Source: Eledone cirrhosa
Lineage: Eukaryota
Direction of reading: 5' to 3'
Assembly (NCBI GenBank): GCA_964016885.1
Contig: OZ024741.1
Location: forward strand, 4,836,001 to 4,900,000
DNA: 64,000 nucleotides
Part shown: positions 15,001-30,000 of the stretch, one piece after another
Numbering within the stretch: the stretch's first letter is position 1
Layout: each line of letters begins with the position of its first letter
The notes under the pieces: generated by a model
Told to the model about the DNA's origin: nothing
The model's database searches: none
What the model saw: only the letters and a program-made list of their open reading frames with translations
Program-made: the position numbers and the translations under genes

Positions 15001-18000
15001 ACTGTAGCTGTAGTCATACTGTGACTGTAGTTATACTGTAACTGTAGTTATACTGTAGCTGTAGTTATACTGTGACTGTAGTTATACTGTAACTGTAGTC
15101 ATACTGTGACTGTAGTTATACTTCAACTGTAGTTATACTGTAACTGTAGTCATACTGTGACTGTAGTTATACTGTAACTGTAGTTATACTGTAACTGTCG
15201 TTATACTGTAGCTGTAGTTATACTGTGACTGTAGTTATACTGTAACTGTAGTTATACTGTAACTGTAGTTATACTGTAACTGTCGTTATACTGTAGCTGT
15301 AGCTATTTTTATATTGACTGTAGTTATACTGTAACTGTAGTTATACTGTAACTGTAGTTATACTGTAGCTGTAGTTATACTGTAACTGTAGTTATACTGT
15401 AACTGTAGTCATACTGTAGCTGTAGTTATACTGTGACTGTAGTTATACTTCAACTGTAGTTATACTTCAACTGTAGTTATACTGTAACTGTAGTTATACT
15501 GTAACTGTAGTTATACTGTAACTGTAGTCATACTGTAGCTGTAGTTATACTGTGACTGTAGTTATACTGTAACTGTAGTTATACTGTAACTGTCGTTATA
15601 CTGTAGCTGTAGTTATACTGTAGCTGTAGTTATACTGTAGCTGTAGTTATACTGTGACTGTAGTTATACTGTAACTGTAGTTATACTGTAACTGTAGTTA
15701 TACTGTGACTGTAGTTATACTGTAACTGTAGTTATACTGTAGCTGTAGTTATACTGTAGCTGTAGTTATACTGTAACTGTAGTTATACTGTGACTAGTTA
15801 TACTGTAGCTGTAGTTATACTGTCACTGTAGCTATACTGTCACTGTAGTTATAGTGTCACTGTAGTTATACTGTCACTATAGTAATACTGTAGCTGTAGT
15901 TATACTGTAACTGTAGTTATACTGTAACTAGTTATACTGTAACTGTAGTTATACTTTAACTGTAGATATACTGTAGCTGTAGTTATACTGTCACTGTAGC
16001 TGTAGTTATACTGTAATTGTAGTTATACTGTAGCTGTAGTTATACTGTGACTGTAGTTATACTGTAGCTGTAATTATAATGTAACTGTAGTTATACTGTA
16101 ACTGTAGATATACTGTAACTGTAGTTATACTGTAGCTGTAGTTATACTGTGACTGTAGTTATACTGTCACTATAGTTATGCTGTAACTGTAGTTATACTG
16201 TAGCTGTAGTTATACTGTAGCTGTAATTATACTGTAACTGTAGTTATACTGTGACTGTAGTTATACTGTGACTAGTTATACTGTAACTGTAGTTATACTG
16301 TCACTATAGTTATGCTGTAACTGTAGTTATACTGTAACTGTAGTTATACTGTAACTGTAGTTATACTGTAACTGTAGTTATACTGCGACTGTAGTTATAC
16401 TGTAACTGTAGTTATACTGTAACTGTAGTTATACTGCAACTGTAGTTATACTGTAACTGTAGTTATACTGTAACTGTAGTTATACTGTAACTGTAGTTAT
16501 ACTGCAACTGTAGTTATACTGTAACTGTAGTTATACTGTAGCTGTAGTTATACTGTGACTGTAGTTATACTGTCACTGTAGTTATACTGTCACTGTAGCT
16601 ATACTGTAGCTGTAGTTATATTGTAGCTGTAGTTATACTGTAACTGTAGTTATACTGTAGCTGTAGTTATACTCTAACTGTAGTTATACTGTGACTGTAG
16701 TTATACCGTGACTGTTGTTATATTGTAACTGTAGTTATACTATGACTTTAGTTATACTGTAACTGTAGTTATACTGTAACTGTAGTTATACTGTAGCTGT
16801 AGTTATGCTGTAAATGTAGATATACTGTAGCTGTATTTATACTGTGACTCTAGTTATACTGTAGCTGTAGTTATACTGTGACTGTAGTTATAATGTAGCT
16901 GTAGTTATACTGTGACTGTAGTTATACTGTAGCTGTAGTTATACTGTAACTGTAGTTATACTGTGACTAGTTATACTGTAGCTGTAGTTATACTGTCACT
17001 ATAGTTATACTGTCACTGTAGCTATACTGTCACTATAGTAATACTGTAACTGTAGTTATACTGTAACTGTAGTTATACTTTAACTGTAGATATACTGTAG
17101 CTGTAGTTATACTGTCACTGTAGCTATACTGTAGCTGTAGTTATACTGTAATTGTAGTTATACTGTAGCTGTAGTTATACTGTGTCTCTAGTTATGCTGT
17201 AACTGTAGTTATACTGTAGCTGTAATTATAATGTAACTGTAGTTATACTGTAACTGTAGTTATACTGTAGCTGTAGTTATAATGTGACTGTAGTTATACT
17301 GTCACTATCGTTATGCTGTAACTGTAGTTATACTGTAGCTGTAGTTATACTGTAACTGTAGTTATACTGTGACTAGTTATACTGTAACTGTAGTTATACT
17401 GTCACTATAGTTATGCTGTCACTATAGTTATGCTGTCACTATAGTTATGCTGTAACTGTAGTTATACTGTAACTGTAGTTATACTGTGACTGTAGTTATA
17501 CTTCAACTGTAGTTATACTGTAGCTGTAGTTATACTGTGACTGTAGTTATACTGTAGCTGTAGTTATACTGCAACTGTAGTTATACTGTAGCTGTACTTA
17601 TACTGTGGCTTTTATTATACTGTAACTGTAGTTATACTGTAGCTGTAGTTATACTGCAAATGTAGTTATACTGCAACTGTAGTTATACTGTAACTGTAGT
17701 TATACTGTAGCTGTAGTTATACTGTAGCTGTAGTTATACTTTAACTGTAGATATACTGTAGCTGTAGTTATACTGTAACTGTAGTTATACAGTAGCTGTA
17801 GTTATACTGTAACTGTAGTTATAATGTAGCTGTAGTTATACTGTAACTGTAGATATACTGTAACTGTAGTTATACTGTAACTGTAGTTATAATGTAGCTG
17901 TAGTTATACTGTAACTGTAGATATACTGTAACTGTAGTTATACTGTAGCTGTAGTTATAATGTGATTGTAGTTACACTGTAACTGTAGTTATACTGTAAC

Positions 18001-21000
18001 TGTAGTTATACTGTAGCTGTAGTTATACTGTGACTCTAGTTATACTGTAACTGTAGTTATACTGCAACTGTAGTTATACTGTAACTGTAGTTATACTGTA
18101 ACTGTAGTTATACTGCAACTGTAGTTATACTGCAACTGTAGTTATACTGCAACTGTTGTTATACTGTAACTAGTTATACTGTAGCTGTAGTTATACTTTA
18201 ACTGTAGATATCCTGTAGCTGTAGTTATAGTGTAACTGTAGTTATACTGTAGCTATAGTTATACTGTGACTCTAGTTATACTGTAGCTGTAGTTATACTG
18301 TGACTGTAGTTATAATGTAGCTGTAGTTATACTGTGACTGTAGTTATACTGTAGCTGTAGTTATACTGTAACTGTAGTTATACTGTGACTGTTATACTGT
18401 AGCTGTAGTTATACTGTCACTGTAGTAATACTGTAACTGTAGTTATACTGTAGCTGTAGTTATACTGTAACTGTAGTTATACTGTAACTAGTTATACTGT
18501 AACTGTAGATATACTGTAGCTGTAGTTATACTGTCACTGTAGCTATACTGTAGCTGTCGTTATACTGTAATTGTAGTTATACTGTAGCTATAGTTATACT
18601 GTAACTGTAGTTATACTGTGACTTTAGTTATACTGTGACTAGTTATACTGTAACTGTAGTTATACTGTGACTGTAGTTATACTGTCACTATAGTTATGCT
18701 GTAACTGTAGTTATACTGTAACTGTAGTTATACTGTAGCTGTAGTTATACTGTAACTGTAGTTATACTTCAACTGTAGTTTTACCGTAGCTGTAGTTATA
18801 CTGTAACTGTAGTTATACTGTGACTAGTTATACTGTAACTGTAGTTATACTGTAGCTGTAGTTATACTGCAACTGTAGTTATACTGTAGCTGTAGTTATA
18901 CTGTAGCTGTAGTTATACTGCAACTGTAGTTATACTGTAACTGTAGTTATACTGCAACTGTAGTTATACTGTAACCGTAGTTATACTGTAACTGTAGTTA
19001 TACTGCAACTGTAGTTATACTGTAACTGTAGTTATACTGTAACTGTAGTTATACTGTAGCTGTAGTTATACTGTAGCTGTAGTTATACTGTGACTGTAGT
19101 TATACTGTGACTAGTTATACTGTAACTGTAGTTATACTGTGACTGTAGTTATACTGTAGCTGTAGTTATACTGCAACTGTAGTTATACTGTAGCTGTAGT
19201 TATACTGTAGCTGTAGTTATACTGCAACTGTAGTTATACTGCAACTGTAGTTATACTGCAACTGTAGTTATATTGCAGCTGTAGTTATACTGTAGCTGTA
19301 GTTATACTGTAGCTGTAGTTATACTGTAACTGTAGTTATACTGTAACTGTAGTTATACTGTAACTGTAGTTATACTGTAACTGTAGTTATACTGTAACTG
19401 TAGTTATACTGTAACTGTAGTTATACTGTAGCTGTAGTTATACTGTAACTGTAGTTATACTGTGACTGTAGTTATACTGTGACTGTAGTTATACTGTAAC
19501 TGTAGTTATACTGTAACTGTAGTTACACTGTAACTGTAGTTACACTGTAGCTGTAGTTATACTGTAACTGTAGTTATACTGTAACTGTAGTTATACTGTA
19601 ACTGTAGTTATACTGTAGCTGTAGTTATACTGTAACTGTAGTTATACTGTAACTGTAGTTATACTGTAGCTGTAGTTATACTGTAACTGTAGTTATACTG
19701 TAGCTGTAGTTATACTGTAACTGTAGTTATACTGTAACTGTAGTTATACTGTAACTGTAGTTATACTGTAACTGTAGTTATACTGTAGCTGTAGTTATAC
19801 TGTAACTGTAGTTACACTGTAACTGTAGTTATACTCTAGCTGTAGTTATACTGTAACTGTAGTTATACTGTAACTGTAGTTATACTGTAACTGTAGTTAT
19901 ACTGTAACTGTAGTTATACTCTAGCTGTAGTTATACTGTAACTGTAGTTATACTGTAACTGTAGTTATACTGTAGCTGTAGTTATACTGTAGCTGTAGTT
20001 ACACTGTAACTGTAGTTATACTGTAACTGTAGTTATACTGTAACTGTAGTTATACTGTAACTGTAGTTATACTGTAACTGTAGTTATACTGTAACTGTAG
20101 TTATACTGTAACTGTAGTCATACTGTAGCTGTAGTCATACTGTGACTGTAGTTATACTGTAACTGTAGTTATACTGTAGCTGTAGTTATACTGTGACTGT
20201 AGTTATACTGTAACTGTAGTCATACTGTGACTGTAGTTATACTTCAACTGTAGTTATACTGTAACTGTAGTCATACTGTGACTGTAGTTATACTGTAACT
20301 GTAGTTATACTGTAACTGTCGTTATACTGTAGCTGTAGTTATACTGTGACTGTAGTTATACTGTAACTGTAGTTATACTGTAACTGTAGTTATACTGTAA
20401 CTGTCGTTATACTGTAGCTGTAGCTATTTTTATATTGACTGTAGTTATACTGTAACTGTAGTTATACTGTAACTGTAGTTATACTGTAGCTGTAGTTATA
20501 CTGTAACTGTAGTTATACTGTAACTGTAGTCATACTGTAGCTGTAGTTATACTGTGACTGTAGTTATACTTCAACTGTAGTTATACTTCAACTGTAGTTA
20601 TACTGTAACTGTAGTTATACTGTAACTGTAGTTATACTGTAACTGTAGTCATACTGTAGCTGTAGTTATACTGTGACTGTAGTTATACTGTAACTGTAGT
20701 TATACTGTAACTGTCGTTATACTGTAGCTGTAGTTATACTGTAGCTGTAGTTATACTGTAGCTGTAGTTATACTGTGACTGTAGTTATACTGTAACTGTA
20801 GTTATACTGTAACTGTAGTTATACTGTGACTGTAGTTATACTGTAACTGTAGTTATACTGTAGCTGTAGTTATACTGTAGCTGTAGTTATACTGTAACTG
20901 TAGTTATACTGTGACTAGTTATACTGTAGCTGTAGTTATACTGTCACTGTAGCTATACTGTCACTGTAGTTATAGTGTCACTGTAGTTATACTGTCACTA

Positions 21001-24000
21001 TAGTAATACTGTAGCTGTAGTTATACTGTAACTGTAGTTATACTGTAACTAGTTATACTGTAACTGTAGTTATACTTTAACTGTAGATATACTGTAGCTG
21101 TAGTTATACTGTCACTGTAGCTGTAGTTATACTGTAATTGTAGTTATACTGTAGCTGTAGTTATACTGTGACTGTAGTTATACTGTAGCTGTAATTATAA
21201 TGTAACTGTAGTTATACTGTAACTGTAGATATACTGTAACTGTAGTTATACTGTAGCTGTAGTTATACTGTGACTGTAGTTATACTGTCACTATAGTTAT
21301 GCTGTAACTGTAGTTATACTGTAGCTGTAGTTATACTGTAGCTGTAATTATACTGTAACTGTAGTTATACTGTGACTGTAGTTATACTGTGACTAGTTAT
21401 ACTGTAACTGTAGTTATACTGTCACTATAGTTATGCTGTAACTGTAGTTATACTGTAACTGTAGTTATACTGTAACTGTAGTTATACTGTAACTGTAGTT
21501 ATACTGCGACTGTAGTTATACTGTAACTGTAGTTATACTGTAACTGTAGTTATACTGCAACTGTAGTTATACTGTAACTGTAGTTATACTGTAACTGTAG
21601 TTATACTGTAACTGTAGTTATACTGCAACTGTAGTTATACTGTAACTGTAGTTATACTGTAGCTGTAGTTATACTGTGACTGTAGTTATACTGTCACTGT
21701 AGTTATACTGTCACTGTAGCTATACTGTAGCTGTAGTTATATTGTAGCTGTAGTTATACTGTAACTGTAGTTATACTGTAGCTGTAGTTATACTCTAACT
21801 GTAGTTATACTGTGACTGTAGTTATACCGTGACTGTTGTTATATTGTAACTGTAGTTATACTATGACTTTAGTTATACTGTAACTGTAGTTATACTGTAA
21901 CTGTAGTTATACTGTAGCTGTAGTTATGCTGTAAATGTAGATATACTGTAGCTGTATTTATACTGTGACTCTAGTTATACTGTAGCTGTAGTTATACTGT
22001 GACTGTAGTTATAATGTAGCTGTAGTTATACTGTGACTGTAGTTATACTGTAGCTGTAGTTATACTGTAACTGTAGTTATACTGTGACTAGTTATACTGT
22101 AGCTGTAGTTATACTGTCACTATAGTTATACTGTCACTGTAGCTATACTGTCACTATAGTAATACTGTAACTGTAGTTATACTGTAACTGTAGTTATACT
22201 TTAACTGTAGATATACTGTAGCTGTAGTTATACTGTCACTGTAGCTATACTGTAGCTGTAGTTATACTGTAATTGTAGTTATACTGTAGCTGTAGTTATA
22301 CTGTGTCTCTAGTTATGCTGTAACTGTAGTTATACTGTAGCTGTAATTATAATGTAACTGTAGTTATACTGTAACTGTAGTTATACTGTAGCTGTAGTTA
22401 TAATGTGACTGTAGTTATACTGTCACTATCGTTATGCTGTAACTGTAGTTATACTGTAGCTGTAGTTATACTGTAACTGTAGTTATACTGTGACTAGTTA
22501 TACTGTAACTGTAGTTATACTGTCACTATAGTTATGCTGTCACTATAGTTATGCTGTCACTATAGTTATGCTGTAACTGTAGTTATACTGTAACTGTAGT
22601 TATACTGTGACTGTAGTTATACTTCAACTGTAGTTATACTGTAGCTGTAGTTATACTGTGACTGTAGTTATACTGTAGCTGTAGTTATACTGCAACTGTA
22701 GTTATACTGTAGCTGTACTTATACTGTGGCTTTTATTATACTGTAACTGTAGTTATACTGTAGCTGTAGTTATACTGCAACTGTAGTTATACTGCAACTG
22801 TAGTTATACTGTAACTGTAGTTATACTGTAGCTGTAGTTATACTGTAGCTGTAGTTATACTTTAACTGTAGATATACTGTAGCTGTAGTTATACTGTAAC
22901 TGTAGTTATACAGTAGCTGTAGTTATACTGTAACTGTAGTTATAATGTAGCTGTAGTTATACTGTAACTGTAGATATACTGTAACTGTAGTTATACTGTA
23001 ACTGTAGTTATAATGTAGCTGTAGTTATACTGTAACTGTAGATATACTGTAACTGTAGTTATACTGTAGCTGTAGTTATAATGTGATTGTAGTTACACTG
23101 TAACTGTAGTTATACTGTAACTGTAGTTATACTGTAGCTGTAGTTATACTGTGACTCTAGTTATACTGTAACTGTAGTTATACTGCAACTGTAGTTATAC
23201 TGTAACTGTAGTTATACTGTAACTGTAGTTATACTGCAACTGTAGTTATACTGCAACTGTAGTTATACTGCAACTGTTGTTATACTGTAACTAGTTATAC
23301 TGTAGCTGTAGTTATACTTTAACTGTAGATATCCTGTAGCTGTAGTTATAGTGTAACTGTAGTTATACTGTAGCTATAGTTATACTTCAACTGTAGTTAT
23401 ACTGTAGCTGTAGTTATACTGTGACTGTAGTTATACTGTAGCTGTAGTTATACTGCAACTGTAGTTATACTGTAGCTGTACTTATACTGTGGCTTTTATT
23501 ATACTGTAACTGTAGTTATACTGTAGCTGTAGTTATACTGCAACTGTAGTTATACTGCAACTGTAGTTATACTGTAACTGTAGTTATACTGTAGCTGTAG
23601 TTATACTGTAGCTGTAGTTATACTTTAACTGTAGATATACTGTAGCTGTAGTTATACTGTAACTGTAGTTATACAGTAGCTGTAGTTATACTGTAACTGT
23701 AGTTATAATGTAGCTGTAGTTATACTGTAACTGTAGATATACTGTAACTGTAGTTATACTGTAACTGTAGTTATAATGTAGCTGTAGTTATACTGTAACT
23801 GTAGATATACTGTAACTGTAGTTATACTGTAGCTGTAGTTATAATGTGATTGTAGTTACACTGTAACTGTAGTTATACTGTAACTGTAGTTATACTGTAG
23901 CTGTAGTTATACTGTGACTCTAGTTATACTGTAACTGTAGTTATACTGCAACTGTAGTTATACTGTAACTGTAGTTATACTGTAACTGTAGTTATACTGC

Positions 24001-27000
24001 AACTGTAGTTATACTGCAACTGTAGTTATACTGCAACTGTTGTTATACTGTAACTAGTTATACTGTAGCTGTAGTTATACTTTAACTGTAGATATCCTGT
24101 AGCTGTAGTTATAGTGTAACTGTAGTTATACTGTAGCTATAGTTATACTGTGACTCTAGTTATACTGTAGCTGTAGTTATACTGTGACTGTAGTTATAAT
24201 GTAGCTGTAGTTATACTGTGACTGTAGTTATACTGTAGCTGTAGTTATACTGTAACTGTAGTTATACTGTGACTGTTATACTGTAGCTGTAGTTATACTG
24301 TCACTGTAGTAATACTGTAACTGTAGTTATACTGTAGCTGTAGTTATACTGTAACTGTAGTTATACTGTAACTAGTTATACTGTAACTGTAGATATACTG
24401 TAGCTGTAGTTATACTGTCACTGTAGCTATACTGTAGCTGTCGTTATACTGTAATTGTAGTTATACTGTAGCTATAGTTATACTGTAACTGTAGTTATAC
24501 TGTGACTTTAGTTATACTGTGACTAGTTATACTGTAACTGTAGTTATACTGTGACTGTAGTTATACTGTCACTATAGTTATGCTGTAACTGTAGTTATAC
24601 TGTAACTGTAGTTATACTGTAGCTGTAGTTATACTGTAACTGTAGTTATACTTCAACTGTAGTTTTACCGTAGCTGTAGTTATACTGTAACTGTAGTTAT
24701 ACTGTGACTAGTTATACTGTAACTGTAGTTATACTGTAGCTGTAGTTATACTGCAACTGTAGTTATACTGTAGCTGTAGTTATACTGTAGCTGTAGTTAT
24801 ACTGCAACTGTAGTTATACTGTAACTGTAGTTATACTGCAACTGTAGTTATACTGTAACCGTAGTTATACTGTAACTGTAGTTATACTGCAACTGTAGTT
24901 ATACTGTAACTGTAGTTATACTGTAACTGTAGTTATACTGTAGCTGTAGTTATACTGTAGCTGTAGTTATACTGTGACTGTAGTTATACTGTGACTAGTT
25001 ATACTGTAACTGTAGTTATACTGTGACTGTAGTTATACTGTAGCTGTAGTTATACTGCAACTGTAGTTATACTGTAGCTGTAGTTATACTGTAGCTGTAG
25101 TTATACTGCAACTGTAGTTATACTGCAACTGTAGTTATACTGCAACTGTAGTTATATTGCAGCTGTAGTTATACTGTAGCTGTAGTTATACTGTAGCTGT
25201 AGTTATACTGTAACTGTAGTTATACTGTAACTGTAGTTATACTGTAACTGTAGTTATACTGTAACTGTAGTTATACTGTAACTGTAGTTATACTGTAACT
25301 GTAGTTATACTGTAGCTGTAGTTATACTGTAACTGTAGTTATACTGTGACTGTAGTTATACTGTGACTGTAGTTATACTGTAACTGTAGTTATACTGTAA
25401 CTGTAGTTACACTGTAACTGTAGTTACACTGTAGCTGTAGTTATACTGTAACTGTAGTTATACTGTAACTGTAGTTATACTGTAACTGTAGTTATACTGT
25501 AGCTGTAGTTATACTGTAGCTGTAGTTATACTGTAACTGTAGTTATACTGTAGCTGTAGTTATACTGTAACTGTAGTTATACTGTAACTGTAGTTATACT
25601 GTAACTGTAGTTATACTGTAACTGTAGTTATACTGTAGCTGTAGTTATACTGTAACTGTAGTTACACTGTAACTGTAGTTATACTCTAGCTGTAGTTATA
25701 CTGTAACTGTAGTTATACTGTAACTGTAGTTATACTGTAACTGTAGTTATACTGTAACTGTAGTTATACTCTAGCTGTAGTTATACTGTAACTGTAGTTA
25801 TACTGTAACTGTAGTTATACTGTAGCTGTAGTTATACTGTAGCTGTAGTTACACTGTAACTGTAGTTATACTGTAACTGTAGTTATACTGTAACTGTAGT
25901 TATACTGTAACTGTAGTTATACTGTAACTGTAGTTATACTGTAACTGTAGTTATACTGTAACTGTAGTCATACTGTAGCTGTAGTCATACTGTGACTGTA
26001 GTTATACTGTAACTGTAGTTATACTGTAGCTGTAGTTATACTGTGACTGTAGTTATACTGTAACTGTAGTCATACTGTGACTGTAGTTATACTTCAACTG
26101 TAGTTATACTGTAACTGTAGTCATACTGTGACTGTAGTTATACTGTAACTGTAGTTATACTGTAACTGTCGTTATACTGTAGCTGTAGTTATACTGTGAC
26201 TGTAGTTATACTGTAACTGTAGTTATACTGTAACTGTAGTTATACTGTAACTGTCGTTATACTGTAGCTGTAGCTATTTTTATATTGACTGTAGTTATAC
26301 TGTAACTGTAGTTATACTGTAACTGTAGTTATACTGTAGCTGTAGTTATACTGTAACTGTAGTTATACTGTAACTGTAGTCATACTGTAGCTGTAGTTAT
26401 ACTGTGACTGTAGTTATACTTCAACTGTAGTTATACTTCAACTGTAGTTATACTGTAACTGTAGTTATACTGTAACTGTAGTTATACTGTAACTGTAGTC
26501 ATACTGTAGCTGTAGTTATACTGTGACTGTAGTTATACTGTAACTGTAGTTATACTGTAACTGTCGTTATACTGTAGCTGTAGTTATACTGTAGCTGTAG
26601 TTATACTGTAGCTGTAGTTATACTGTGACTGTAGTTATACTGTAACTGTAGTTATACTGTAACTGTAGTTATACTGTGACTGTAGTTATACTGTAACTGT
26701 AGTTATACTGTAGCTGTAGTTATACTGTAGCTGTAGTTATACTGTAACTGTAGTTATACTGTGACTAGTTATACTGTAGCTGTAGTTATACTGTCACTGT
26801 AGCTATACTGTCACTGTAGTTATAGTGTCACTGTAGTTATACTGTCACTATAGTAATACTGTAGCTGTAGTTATACTGTAACTGTAGTTATACTGTAACT
26901 AGTTATACTGTAACTGTAGTTATACTTTAACTGTAGATATACTGTAGCTGTAGTTATACTGTCACTGTAGCTGTAGTTATACTGTAATTGTAGTTATACT

Positions 27001-30000
27001 GTAGCTGTAGTTATACTGTGACTGTAGTTATACTGTAGCTGTAATTATAATGTAACTGTAGTTATACTGTAACTGTAGATATACTGTAACTGTAGTTATA
27101 CTGTAGCTGTAGTTATACTGTGACTGTAGTTATACTGTCACTATAGTTATGCTGTAACTGTAGTTATACTGTAGCTGTAGTTATACTGTAGCTGTAGTTA
27201 TACTGTAACTGTAGTTATACTGTGACTGTAGTTATACTGTGACTAGTTATACTGTAACTGTAGTTATACTGTCACTATAGTTATGCTGTAACTGTAGTTA
27301 TACTGTAACTGTAGTTATACTGTAGCTGTAGTTACACTGTGACTGTAGTTATACTGTAACTGTAGTTATACTTCAACTGTAGTTATACTGTAACTAGTTA
27401 TGCTGTGACTGTATTATACTGTAACTGTAGTTATACTGTAACTGTAGTTATACTTCAACTGTAGTTATACTGTACCTGTAGTTATACTGCAACTGTAGCT
27501 GTAGTTATACTGTAGCTGTAGTTATACTGTAGCTGTAGTTATACTGTAACTGTAGTTATACTTCAACTGTAGTTATACTGTAACTGTAGTTATACTGCAA
27601 CTGTAGTTATACTGTAACCGTAATTATACTGTAACTGTAGTTATACTGCAACTGTAGTTATACTGCAACTGTAGTTATACTGCAACTGTAGTTATACTGC
27701 AACTGTAGTTATACTGTAGCTGTAGTTATACTGTAGCTGTAGCTATACTGTAGCTGTAGTTATACTGTGACTGTAGTTATACTGTAGCTGTAGTTATACT
27801 GTAACTGTAGTTATACTGTAGCTGTAGTTATACTGTGACTGTAGTTATACTGTAACTGTAGTTATACTGTGACTGTAGTTATACTTCAACTGTAGTTATA
27901 CTGTAGCTGTAGTTATACTGTAACTGTAGTTATACTGTAACTGTAGTTATACTGCAACTGTAGTTATACTGCAACTGTAGTTATACTGTAACTGTAGTTA
28001 TACTGTAACTGTAGTTATACTGTGACTGTAGTTATACTGTAACTGTAGTTATACTGTAACTGTAGTTGTACTGCAACTGTAGTTATACTGTAACTGTAGT
28101 TATACTGTAACTGTAGTTATACTGTAACTGTAGTTATACTGTAACTGTAGTTATACTGCAACTGTAGTTATACTGTAACTGTAGTTATACTGTAGCTGTA
28201 GTTATACTGTCACTGTAGTTATACTGTCACTGTAGCTATACTGTAGCTGTAGTTATATTGTAGCTGTAGTTATACTGTAACTGTAGTTATACTGTAGCTG
28301 TAGTTATACTCTAACTGTAGTTATACTGTGACTGTAGTTATACCGTGACTGTTGTTATATTGTAACTGTAGTTATACTATGACTTTAGTTATACTGTAAC
28401 TGTAGTTATACTGTAGCTGTAGTTATACTGTAAATGTAGATATACTGTAGCTCTATTTATACTGTGACTCTAGTTATACTGTAGCTGTAGTTATACTGTG
28501 ACTGTAGTTATAATGTAGCTGTAGTTATACTGTGACTGTAGTTATACTGTAGCTGTACTTATACTGTAACTGTAGTTATACTGTGACTAGTTATACTGTG
28601 ACTGTTATACTGTAGCTGTAGTTATACTGTCACTATAGTTATACTGTCACTGTAGCTATACTGTCACTGTAGTTATACTGTCACTATAGTAATACTGTAA
28701 CTGTAGTTATACTGTAACTGTAGTTATACTTTAACTGTAGATATACTGTAGCTGTAGTTATACTGTCACTGTAGCTATACTGTAGCTGTAGTTATACTGT
28801 AATTGTAGTTATACTGTAGCTGTAGTTATACTGTGACTCTAGTTATGCTGTAACTGTAGTTATACTGTAGCTGTAATTATAATGTAACTGTAGTTATACT
28901 GTAACTGTAGTTATACTGTAGCTGTAGTTATAATGTGACTGTAGTTATACTGTCACTATCGTTATGCTGTAACTGTAGTTATACTGTAGCTGTAGTTATA
29001 CTGTAACTGTAGTTATACTGTGACTAGTTATACTGTAACTGTAGTTATACTGTGACTGTAGTTATACTGTCACTATAGTTATGCTGTCACTATAGTTATG
29101 CTGTCACTATAGTTATGTTGTAACTGTAGTTATACTGTAACTGTAGTTATACTGTGACTGTAGTTATACTTCAACTGTAGTTATACTGTAGCTGTAGTTA
29201 TACTGTGACTGTAGTTATACTGTAGCTGTAGTTATACTGCAACTGTAGTTATACTGTAGCTGTACTTATACTGTGGCTTTTATTATACTGTAACTGTAGT
29301 TATACTGTAGCTGTAGTTATACTGCAACTGTAGTTATACTGCAACTGTAGTTATACTGTAACTGTAGTTATACTGTAGCTGTAGTTATACTGTAGCTGTA
29401 GTTATACTTTAACTGTAGATATACTGTAGCTGTAGTTATACTGTCACTGTAGCTGTAGTTATACTGTAATTGTAGTTATACAGTAGCTGTAGTTATACTG
29501 TAACTGTAGTTATAATGTAGCTGTAGTTATACTGTAACTGTAGATATACTGTAACTGTAGTTATACTGTAGCTGTAGTTATAATGTGATTGTAGTTACAC
29601 TGTAACTGTAGTTATACTGTAACTGTAGTTATACTGTAGCTGTAGTTATACTGTGACTCTAGTTATACTGTAACTGTAGTTATACTGCAACTGTAGTTAT
29701 ACTGTAACTGTAGTTATACTGTAACTGTAGTTATACTGCAACTGTAGTTATACTGCAACTGTAGTTATACTGCAACTGTTGTTATACTGTAACTAGTTAT
29801 ACTGTAGCTGTAGTTATACTTTAACTGTAGATATCCTGTAGCTGTAGTTATAGTGTAACTGTAGTTATACTGTAGCTATAGTTATACTGTGACTCTAGTT
29901 ATACTGTAGCTGTAGTTATACTGTGACTGTAGTTATAATGTAGCTGTAGTTATACTGTGACTGTAGTTATACTGTAGCTGTAGTTATACTGTAACTGTAG